Source: Eledone cirrhosa (taxonomy: Eukaryota). From it: 64,000 nucleotides of DNA. This document shows positions 53,001 through 64,000 of this stretch, one piece after another; position 1 is the first letter of the stretch, and every line of letters begins with the position of its first letter. The stretch spans positions 31,124,001 to 31,188,000 of the forward strand of contig OZ024746.1 of NCBI GenBank assembly GCA_964016885.1, read 5' to 3'. A program made the position numbers and the translations under genes. The notes beneath the pieces are model-generated. The model searched no databases, was not told the DNA's origin, and was given only the letters and a program-made list of their open reading frames with translations.

Positions 53001-56000
53001 TGTCACCACTGTCCTTACCATCAATACCAGTGTCATTGTCACCACTGTCCTTACCATCACTACCAGTGTCATTGTCACCACTGTCCTTACCATCAATACC
53101 AGTGTCATTGTCACCACTGTCCTTACCATCACTACCAGTGTCATTGTCCCCACTGTCCTTACCATCAATACCACTGCCATTGTCACCACTGTCCTTACCA
53201 TCACTACCAGTGTCATTGTCACCACTGTCCTTACCATCAATACCAGTGTCATTGTCACCACTGTCCTTACCATCAATACCAGTGTCATTGTCCCCACTGT
53301 CCTTACCATCAATACCACTGCCATTGTCACCACTGTCCTTACCATCACTACCAGTGTCATTGTCACCACTCTCCTTACCATCAATACCAGTGTCATTGTC
53401 ACCACTGTCCTTACCATCAATACCAGTGTCATTGTCACCACTGTCCTTACCATCAATACCAGTGTCATTGTCACCACTGTCCTTACCATCAATACCAGTG
53501 TCATTGTCACCACTGTCCTTACCAACAATACCACTGTCATTGTCCCCACTGTCCTTACCATCAATACCACTGCCATTGTCACCACTGTCCTTACCATCTC
53601 TACCAGTGTCATTGTCCCCACTGTCCTTACCATCAATACCACTGCCATTGTCACCACTGTCCTTACCATCACTACCAGTGTCATTGTCACCACTGTCCTT
53701 ACCATCAATACCAGTGTCATTGTCACCACTGTCCTTACCATCAATACCAGTGTCATTGTCCCCATTGTCCTTACCATCAATACCACTGCCATTGTCACCA
53801 CTGTCCTTACCATCACTACCAGTGTCATTGTCACCACTGTCCTTACCATCACTACCAGTGTCATTGTCCCCACTGTCCTTACCATCAATACCACTGCCAT
53901 TGTCACCACTGTCCTTACCATCACTACCAGTGTCATTGTCACCACTGTCCTTACCATCACTACCAGTGTCATTGTCCCCACTGTCCTTACCATCACTACC
54001 ACTGCCATTGTCACCACTGTCCTTACCATCAATACCACTGCCATTGTCACCACTGTCCTTACCATCACTACCAGTGTCATTGTCCCCACTGTCCTTACCA
54101 TCAATACCACTGCCATTGTCACCACAGTCCTTACCATCACTACCAGTGTCATTGTCCCCACTGTCCTTACCATCAATACCACTGCCATTGTCACCACTGT
54201 CCTTACCATCACTACCAGTGTCATTGTCCCCACTGTCCTTACCATCAATACCACTGCCATTGTCACCACTGTCCTTACCATCAATACCACTGCCATTGTC
54301 ACCACTGTCCTTACCATTGTCACCACTGTCCTTACCATCACTACCAGTGTCATTGTCCCCACTGTCCTTACCATCAATACCAGTGTCATTGTCCCCACTG
54401 TCCTTACCATCAATACCACTGCCATTGTCACCACTGTCCTTACCATCACTACCAGTGTCATTGACACCACTGTCCTTACCATCACTACCAGTGTCATTGT
54501 CACCACTGTCCTTACCATCAATACCAGTGTCATTGTCACCACTGTCCTTACCATCAATACCACTGTCATTGTCCCCACTGTCCTTACCATCACTACCACT
54601 GCCATTGTCACCACTGTCCTTACCATCACTACCAGTGTCATTGTCCCCACTGTCCTTACCATCAATACCACTGCCATTGTCACCACTGTCCTTACCATCA
54701 ATACCAGTGTCATTGTCCCCACTGTCCTTACCATCACTACCAGTGTCATTGTCACCACTGTCCTTACCATCAATACCAGTGTCATTGTCACCACTGTCCT
54801 TACCATCAATACCACTGTCATTGTCCCCACTGTCCTTACCATCACTACCAGTGTCATTGTCCCCACTGTCCTTACCATCAATACCACTGCCATTGTCACC
54901 ACTGTCCTTACCATCAATACCAGTGTCATTGTCCCCACTGTCCTTACCATCACTACCAGTGTCATTGTCACCACTGTCCTTACCATCAATACCAGTGTCA
55001 TTGTCACCACTGTCCTTACCATCAATACCACTGTCATTGTCCCCACTGTCCTTACCATCACTACCACTGCCATTGTCACCACTGTCCTTACCATCACTAC
55101 CAGTGTCATTGTCACCACTGTCCTTACCATCAATACCAGTGTCATTGTCACCACTGTCCTTACCATCAATACCACTGTCATTGTCCCCACTGTCCTTACC
55201 ATCACTACCACTGCCATTGTCCCCACTGTCCTTACCATCACTACCAGTGTCATTGTCACCACTGTCCTTACCATCACTACCAGTGTCATTGTCACCACTG
55301 TCCTTACCATCAATACCAGTGTCATTGTCACCACTGTCCTTACCATCAATACCACTGTCATTGTCACCACTGTCCTTACCATCAATACCACTGTCATTGT
55401 CACCACTGTCCTTACCATCACTACCACTGCCATTGTCACCACTGTCCTTACCATCACTACCACTGCCATTGTCCCCACTGTCATTGTCCCCACTGTCCTT
55501 ACCATCAATACCACTGCCATTGTCACCACTGTCATTGTCCCCACTGTCCTTACCATCAATACCACTGCCATTGTCACCACTGTCATTGTCCCCACTGTCC
55601 TTACCATCAATACGACTGTCATCGTCACCACTGTCCTTACCATCAATACCACTGTCATTGTCACCACTGTCCTTACCATCACTACCAGTGTCATTGTCCC
55701 CACTGTCCTTACCATCAATACCACTGTCATTGTCACCACTGTCCTTACCATCACTACCACTGTCATTGTCCTTACCATCAATACCACTGTCATTGTCCCC
55801 ACTGTCCTTAACATCAATACCACTGTCATTGTCACTACTGTCCTTACCATCACTACCACTGCCATTATCACCACTGTCATTGTCCCCACTGTCCTTACCA
55901 TCAATACCACTGTCATTGTCACCACTGTCCTTACCATCAATACCACTGTCATTGTCCCCACTGTCCTTACCATCAATACCACTGTCATTGTCACCACTGT

Positions 56001-58860
56001 CCTTACCATCAATACCACTGTCATTGTCACCACTGTCCTTACCATCACTACCACTGTCATTGTCCTTACCATCAATACCACTGTCATTGTCACCACTGTC
56101 ATTGTCCCCACTGTCCTTACCATCAATACCACTGTCATTGTCCCCACTGTCCTTACCATCAATACCACTGTCATTGTCCCCACTGTCCTTACCATCAATA
56201 CCACTGTCATTGTCACCACTGTCGTTACCATCAATACCACTGTCATTGTCACCACTGTCCTTACCATCACTACCACTGTCATTGTCCTTACCATCAATAC
56301 CACTGTCATTGTCACCACTGTCCTTACCATCAATACCACTGTCATTGTCCCCACTGTCCTTACCATCAATACCACTGCCATTGTCACCACTGTCATTGTC
56401 CCCACTGTCCTTACCATCAATACCACTGTCATTGTCCCCACTGTCCTTACCATCAATACCACTGTCATTGTCACCACTGTCCTTACCATCACTACCACTG
56501 TCATTGTCCTTACCATCAATACCACTGTCATTGTCCCCACTGTCCTTACCATCAATACCACTGCCATTGTCACCACTGTCATTGTCCCCACTGTCCTTAC
56601 CATCAATACCACTGCCATTGTCCCCACTGTCCTTACCATCAATACCACTGTCATTGTCACCACTGTCCTTACCATCACTACCACTGTCATTGTCCTTACC
56701 ATCAATACCACTGCCATTGTCCCCACTGTCCTTACCATCAATACCACTGCCATTGTCACCACTGTCCTTACCATCAATACCACTGCCATTGTCACCACTG
56801 TCATTGTCCCCACTGTCCTTACCATCAATACCACTGTCATTGTCACCACTGTCCTTACCATCACTACCACTGTCATTGTCCTTACCATCAATACCACTGT
56901 CATTGTCCCCACTGTCCTTACCATCAATACCACTGCCATTGTCACCACTGTCATTGTCCCCACTGTCCTTACCATCAATACCACTGCCATTGTCCCCACT
57001 GTCCTTACCATCAATACCACTGTCATTGTCACCACTGTCCTTACCATCACTACCACTGTCATTGTCCTTACCATCAATACCACTGCCATTGTCCCCACTG
57101 TCCTTACCATCAATACCACTGCCATTGTCACCACTGTCCTTACCATCAATACCACTGCCATTGTCACCACTGTCATTGTCCCCACTGTCCTTACCATCAA
57201 TACCACTGTCATTGTCACCACTGTCCTTACCATCACTACCACTGTCATTGTCCTTACCATCAATACCACTGTCATTGTCCCCACTGTCCTTACCATCAAT
57301 ACCACTGCCATTGTCACCACTGTCATTGTCCCCACTGTCCTTACCATCAATACCACTGCCATTGTCCCCACTGTCCTTACCATCAATACCACTGTCATTG
57401 TCACCACTGTCCTTACCATCACTACCACTGTCATTGTCCTTACCATCAATACCACTGCCATTGTCCCCACTGTCCTTACCACCAATACCACTGCCATTGT
57501 TCCCACTGTCCTTACCATCACTACCAGTGTCATTGTCACCACTGTCCTTACCACCAATACCACTGCCATTGTTCCCACTGTCCTTACCATCATTACCACT
57601 GCCATTGTCCCCACTGTCCTTACCATCAATACCACTGTCATTGTCCCCACTGTCCTTACCATCAATACCACTGTCATTGTCACCACTGTCCTTACCATCA
57701 ATACCACTGCCATTGTCACCACTGTCCTTACCATCAATACCACTGTCATTGTCCCCACTGTCCTTACCATCACTACCACTGTCATTGTCACCACTGTCCT
57801 TACCACCAATACCACTGTCATTGTCACCACTGTCCTTACCATCAATACCACTGTCATTGTCCCCACTGTCCTTACCATCATTACCACTGTCATTGTCACC
57901 ACTGTCCTTACCACCAATACCACTGTCATTGTCACCACTGTCCTTACCATCAATACCACTGCCATTGTCCCCACTGTCCTTACCATCAATACCACTGTCA
58001 TTGTCCCCACTGTCCTTACCATCACTACCACTGTCATTGTCACCACTGTCCTTACCACCAATACCACTGCCATTGTCACCACTGTCCTTACCACCAATAC
58101 CACTGCCATTGTTCCCACTGTCCTTACCATCAATACCACTGTCATTGTCCCCACTGTCCTTACCATCAATACCACTGTCATTGTCCCCACTGTCCTTACC
58201 ATCAATACCACTGTCATTGTCCCCACTGTCCTTACCATCAATACCACTGTCATTGTCCCCACTGTCCTTACCATCAATACCACTGTCATTGTCCCCACTG
58301 TCCTTACCATCACTACCACTGCCATTGTCACCACTGTCCTTACCACCAATACCACTGTCATTGTCCCCACTGTCCTTACCATCACTACCACTGTCATTGT
58401 CACCACTGTCCTTACCACCAATACCACTGTCATTGTCCTCACTGTCCTTACCATCAATACCACTGTCATTGTCCCCACTGTCCTTACCATCAATACCACT
58501 GTCATTGTCCCCACTGTCCTTACCATCACTACCACTGTCATTGTCACCACTGTCCTTACCATCAATACCACTGTCATTGTCCCCACTGTCCTTACCATCA
58601 CTACCACTGTCATTGTCACCACTGTCCTTACCATCAATACCACTGTCATTGTCCCCACTGTCCTTACCATCAATACCACTGTCATTGTCACCACTGTCAT
58701 TGTCACCATTGTCATCACTACCACCATCACCACCACTGTCATTGTCACCATTGTCATCACTACCACATCATCACCACCATCACCATCATTGTCACCATCA
58801 CCACGATCATTGTCACCATCACTACCACTGTCATTACCATCATCACTGCCATCATCACCA
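32095..58860. repeat. giant 36-bp satellite array (~26.7 kb, ~740 units), ACTGTCCTTACCATCAATACCACTGTCATTGTC(C/A)CC
   Basis: 180-bp line periodicity = 5 units; 12-aa periodic translations; 21+15 subunit indels; (CAC/CAT)n edges. Confidence 0.99.
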
Positions 58861-58904
58861 TCCTCTGCACCAAGGCTGCATCATATATGCAGTATAATAA
58901 TCTA

Positions 58905-59210
58905 CACATACACACCTACATGCACATCTATACATACACAGACCTACACACAAACACACCTACATGCACCTCTATACATACACATACCTACACACACACA
59001 CACACACCTACATGCACCTCTATACATACACATACCTACACACACACACACACACCTACATGCACCTATATACATACACACACCTACATGCACCTCTATA
59101 CATACATACATATACACACACACACACCTACATGCACCTATATACATACACATACCTACACACACACCTACATGCACCTCTATACATACATACATATACA
59201 CACACATCAA
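58905..59210. repeat. CACCTACATGCACCTCTATACATACAC composite minisatellite
   Basis: Direct reading. Confidence 0.9.
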
Positions 59211-59379
59211 CACTGCCACATATGTTCTCTTACAGATAAAATCAAAAACAATCAAACAAAAAAATTACAGAACATAACATGACTTAGCTGTACTTCTCAG
59301 TCCCTCCCACACTATACATAATGTCAGCTCTTCACCCACTGTACATGACACATCATGTAGTGATATTTTAATGTAGTAG

Positions 59380-59824
59380 TGATGTTGTGGTGCTGTAGTG
59401 GTGTTGTAATGGTATTGTAGTGCTGTAGTGGTGGTGTTGTAGTGGTGCTGTGGTGGTGGTGTTGTAATGGTGCTGTGGTGCTGTAGTGGTGGTGTTGTAA
59501 TGGTATTGTAGTGCTGTAGTGGTGGTGCTGTGGTGGTGGTGTTGTAATGGTGCTGTGGTACTGTAGTGGTGGTGTTGTAATGGTATTGTAGTGCTGTAGT
59601 GGTGGTGTTGTAGTGGTGCTGTGGTGGTGGTGTTGTAATGGTGCTGTGGTGCTGTAGTGGTGGTGTTGTAATGGTATTGTAGTGCTGTAGTGGTGGTGCT
59701 GTGGTGCTGGTGTTGTAATGGTGCTGTGGTGCTGTAGTGGTGGTGTTGTAATGGTGCTGTGTTGGTGGTGCTGTGGTGGTGGTGTTATAATGGTGCTGTG
59801 GGGCTGTAGTGGTGGTGTTGTAGT
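59380..59824. repeat. GTG/GTA/GTT triplet-based minisatellite (resumes at 61520-61675)
   Basis: Direct reading. Confidence 0.9.
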
Positions 59825-60007
59825 CAGTGGTGGACTGGGTAAAAAAATATTGGTTGCCAGGAGATGAAGGGGGTCCAGCTACATATAGAATGCTATCATT
59901 TAATTTTCATAATGAATAAATAACATTTTCGAAAAATACATAAGTGGAAACAAAACAGTGCAAACAAATTTTTGCAGAAAAGTATCTAACCTTCTCCAAT
60001 AAAAAAT

Positions 60008-60104
60008 AATTGTTTCTACTTTAGGCACAAGGCCAGCAATAAACCAGTACATTAGTGGTACTTTATTTTATCGACCCTGTACCGATACTGCCAATTCACC
60101 GCCC
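60008..60104 (-). mobile_element. internally deleted copy of the 30985-31176 SINE
   Basis: Matches both ends of that SINE, joined at the repeated CGACCC/CAACCC motif. Confidence 0.8.
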
Positions 60105-60113
60105 TTTAAAAAA

Positions 60114-60593
60114 TAATGACCAGATGTCGACCCTGAATATAACTAATAGCTCTAGGAAAGCCATGAATGTCAACACACCTATTTAACTTTGATTTTGAAA
60201 GTAGGTTTATAATTGTCAATTTTCATTATACTTTTGTAGCTGTCTTGGTCGCCTAGTTGGAGGAATCATAGATGATGGTGATCCTGGTCTGAAGTTCGAT
60301 CCTGGTCGAGAGTAGGGTTCCTGGTAAACCTTTTCAGTTTTTTTTATTGTTGTAAAATAAAAACTGAAAAAGGTTACACTGAAAAAGGTACCACTTGACC
60401 AGGATTGGACCCAAGACCAGGATCTCCACCGTCTATAGTACTTACCGCTAGGCCACAGAGACAACTACAAAAATCTTATGAAAATTCATACTTATAAACC
60501 TACTTTCAAAATTTTCAAAACAAAGTGTTGTGGTGTCGTTCATATCTTTCTTAATGTTATTGCTCCTACTTAAGGTTGACTTCTAAATCATTT
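60114..60593. mobile_element. ~480-bp imperfect palindromic element (foldback MITE) with tRNA-like arms
   Basis: TTTTGAAAGTAGGTTTATAA / TTATAAACCTACTTTCAAAA exact inverted match, plus further nested inverted blocks. Confidence 0.8.
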
Positions 60594-61739
60594 GGGTGTT
60601 CCATAAACTACATCCTCGTTTTGTTTCACATCTATCTAGACTATATTTGAACCTGTAATCCATGCTTCATTTCTGTTCCACCTCATTTCTCTGTCCCTCT
60701 CTCTCTGTGATATTTGTGTTTTTGCATGTCAGATTCAAACTTACAATGATTGGCATTATATATATATATACATATACATATACAGTGGCGGGCTAGGTCT
60801 AAAAATATTGGTTGCCATTTAATTTTTATAATGAATAAATAACATTTTCAAGAAAATACATAAGTGGAAACAAAACAGTGCAATCAAATTTTTGCAGAAA
60901 AATATCTAACCTTCTCCAAAAAAAAAAAAATATGTATTTTGCAAAATCCAGAGACTTTCAATAATGACCTTTAGTCGTTCACACTCACTTAGTGTGCGTG
61001 TGCACGTGTGTGTGTGCGCGCGTGCGTGCGTGTGTATATATATATATATACACACACACCACCTTCACCACTAATTGATTTGACAAATGTCTTTAACCAA
61101 TTGATACCAAATATTATTTTGCCAGTAGTTCACATGTAAGTATATAAATATATATACATATGCTTGTGTGTCTGTGTCTATATATGTATGTTTGCATGCA
61201 TCAATGAATACACTAAGCTTTAGATTTAATAGAATGTACAACCATTGATTCCAGCTATTTGCACTATCGTATATTTTGGTTTCTAGTAATTCCCTGGGAA
61301 TTGATTGACGAAATCCTTTGCTTAATTGTTTTATTTACTTTTTAAAAATGTTTATTCTTTCTCCTAGATTTCAGATATTTTTTGAAAGCAAAGCATTGGC
61401 CCTTAGAATATACTACAGTGGGCCCTGCAATGCTACTGTGGGCTCTTGCAATACTACTGTGGACCTCCTGGGGTCCATTTGCCATTGGGCATCCTGGCAA
61501 CCTGGCCAGTCCGCCACTGGTTGTAATGGTGCTGTAGTAGTATTGTAGTAGTGTTAAGGTATTTGTAGTGGTGTAGTAGTGTTGGAGTGGTGCTGAAATA
61601 GTGATGTTGTAGTGGTGTTGTATTGGTGTTGTAATGGTATTGTAGTGGTGTTGTGGTATTGTAGTGGTATTGTACTGGGTTTAACATGCTAATAACGGAA
61701 ATATCATAGTAAAACCCAAGAATATTCTGACATCTTGTT

Positions 61740-61882
61740 AGTTACCAAGTGTTAAGTGACACTCAATATCTGAGTGCCACTTAAGACTCAGTTACCCAGT
61801 GCTAAGTGATGCCCAGTTACCCAGTGTTGAGTGACACTCAGTTACTGAAAGATAAGTGACACTCAATTACTCAGTGTTAAGC
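61740..61882. repeat. degenerate ~25-bp tandem repeat GTTACCCAGTGTTAAGTGACACTCA
   Basis: About 5 copies, one partly inverted. Confidence 0.75.
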
Positions 61883-62125
61883 AATATTTTAAACTTGATT
61901 GACCTTTCATTGAGAGGAGATGGAATCATGACCAGGATGTTAGTTTGGTAGAGATTATCTAGAAAGAATTTCTTCAGATACAGTTTTTTGATGTGTCATA
62001 TGGTTGGGAGTGGAGCTGGAGTGGAGGGGTTCTGTTCCCCACTGACATTTTTTAAAAATAACATTAAAAGAACAAAACTGAGTTTTTGAAGTAAACAAGT
62101 CATACTACAATGTTTTTGTTGTAGT

Positions 62126-62797
62126 TTAAACCTTTAGTTACCATATTACTAATGTAAGACACTACCTATGTCATTAAACCTTTAGTTACCATATTTCTAA
62201 TGAAAGTTGCTACCTATGTCATTAACCCTTTCATTAACATATTTCTAATGAATGACACTGCCTGTCATTAACCCTTTCATTACCATATTTCTAATGAAAG
62301 ACACTACCTATGTCATTAACCCTTTAGTTACCATATTTGTAATGAAAGACACTACCTATGTCTCTCACCATTTTATTACTATATTTCTAATGAAAGTCAT
62401 TGCCTATGACATTAACCCTTTCATTAACATATTTCTAATGAAAAACACTACCTATGTCATCAACCCTTTCATTAACATATTTCTAATGAAAAACACTTCT
62501 TATGCCATTAATCCTTTCATTAACATATTTCTAATGAAAAACACTGACTACTTCATAAACATATTTCTAATGAGAGACACTACCTATGTCATCAACCCTT
62601 TCATTACCATATTTCCGATGTAAGACACTACCAATGTCATTAACCTTTTCATTACCATATTTATAATGAAAGACACTGTCTAACTGATTAACAACTTTCA
62701 TACCATATATCTAATGGGAGACACTGCCTATGGTTACAAATAATCAAGAATTTGGAGGAATTTAGTAATATAATTAACTTTCTCATAATTAAGTTGG
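62126..62797. repeat. 48-bp minisatellite of a piggyBac-like MITE terminus, followed by the MITE body
   Basis: Unit TTAACCCTTTCATTACCATATTTCTAATGAAAGACACTACCTATGTCA, ~12 copies. Confidence 0.9.
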
Positions 62798-63000
62798 ACA
62801 TTGTGAGGCTACTGACCTCCCAGGTAGGCCGAGGGTCTGCATATTACTTACATACAGTGCTATGCTCTACCAAGTGCATCGTTTTTACAGCAGGGTAGTA
62901 TGCAGAAGTATGTATGTATAACTCTCAGAGTTTAAGATGCCAAATTTAGTGGAGAAAATTGTATCATATACTACTAAATATAGATTATATGTATGTGTAA

Positions 63001-63272
63001 TAGTGTTAAGGCAGAGTTACTTTTACATCATTGACAGTCTCTATGTGACAACATCAGATGCTCATACAATTATGTGATGTAGTTATGCTGGTATGGAGAT
63101 ATGCTGTTAGTAAAGTATATCTACATACCAGCATAACTACATCACATAATTCTATGAGTATCTGATGATGTTACATTGGGATTGTCAATGACGTAACCAT
63201 TGCATAATTACTCACCAGAAATTATATATTATGTCATAAAATAATTATGTAAATGTAACTGTCTTAACACTA
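63001..63272. mobile_element. hairpin MITE-like element
   Basis: Outer TAGTGTTAAGGCAG..TTAC / GTAACTGTCTTAACACTA; inner arms ...AATTATGTGATGTAGTTATGCTGGTATG / CATACCAGCATAACTACATCACATAATT... Confidence 0.75.
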
Positions 63273-63489
63273 TTTCGTAAATAGAAACTCCACTACGCTT
63301 AATCGTCACCATTTCACTGGGGATATACTACTGATGTGGAGTGCTTTTGGACTGCTGAAATTATCTTTGTGGCATTACAATGCAACCTTCATGAATAAAC
63401 ACCATAATTATCCACACACACACACACACACACACACCCACCACCACCACCACCACCACCACCACCACCACCACCACCACCACCATCAC

Positions 63490-64000
63490 CATCATCATCA
63501 TCATCATCATCATTTAACATCCATCTTCCACGCTTGCATGGGTTTGGACGGGAATTTTCCCATTTGAGGCAAGATTGGTTGTCTTGCTCGTATAGGACTG
63601 TCTGGCAGGTTTTCTACGGCTGAATGCCCTTCCTAACACCAACCACGTTTACAGTGTGGACTGGGAGGTTTTTACCGTGTTACCTACATGACCACATTAC
63701 AGCGTGGACTGTGTTTTTTTTGTCGTGGCACCTACACAACCTCATTTATTTCGGACTGGATGTTGTGGTACCAACATAACTTTACATCGAAAGGGGTGGT
63801 GTGGATGAAGTGGGGGTAGTGGGACGGGGGTGTATTTTTGTTAAGAGGTGCCTACTGACTGTAGGTTTCGCTTTGTACTTAGGCAAGGCGGGCCTTCTGT
63901 ATTACTGTGTAGCACGAATGACGGTCCAGTGACATTGTCTTGGAGAGGTGTAAGTGTGTGAGGTCGGAATTTATCAAGTCATCCCAGGTTTTTCTGGGTC
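63490..64000 (-). mobile_element. RTE LINE 3' end (runs off the window)
   Basis: Reverse complement of 9979-10502; (CAT)n tail merges into (CAC)n and (CA)n. Confidence 0.93.

Larger units (their letters stand above)
59825..61519. mobile_element. non-autonomous hAT-type element, composite with duplicated left end
   Basis: TIR CAGTGGTGGACTGG / CCAGTCCGCCACTG; 8-bp TSD GTTGTAGT / GTTGTAAT; second left end at 60783-60920. Confidence 0.75.

Noticed and set aside
32062-58897. Giant ORFs (up to 4768 aa; His/Cys-rich, mucin-like or Asp/Ser-rich)
   Set aside because: Overlapping ORFs in five frames, frameshifts that swap peptide type, and no unique N- or C-terminal domain; these are satellite translations

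Overview
Repeat-saturated, AT-rich eukaryotic genomic DNA. The repeat families (tRNA-derived SINEs with RTE tails, RTE LINE ends with (GAT)n tails, dense TA/CA microsatellites) suggest an octopod cephalopod; this is an inference from recalled families, not a database result. The only well-supported host gene is on the minus strand: three spliced coding exons (9397-9596, 6618-6777, 2041-2158) with consistent intron phases, encoding the N-terminal half of a PAP2-superfamily phospholipid phosphatase(-related) protein (PLPP/PLPPR-like) that continues past position 1. The rest is RTE LINE 3' fragments, SINEs, a deleted Tc1/mariner (maT/DD37D-like) element, several MITEs, a composite hAT-type element, Penelope-like pseudo-LTR remnants with hammerhead-ribozyme motifs at the centre of palindromes, and large tandem arrays (36-bp x ~740 over ~26.7 kb, ~35-bp over 4 kb, 84-bp, 98-bp, 48-bp). 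The very long ORFs in the track are translations of stop-free tandem repeats. The most notable observations are: (1) an apparently complete type I hammerhead in an intron, on the gene's sense strand and paired with its own ~195-bp antisense arm; (2) a palindromic element with two convergent tRNA-like Pol III units; (3) local duplications of both splice boundaries of the first coding exon; (4) a minisatellite born from a transposon end. I cannot claim a proven new biological system from sequence alone.
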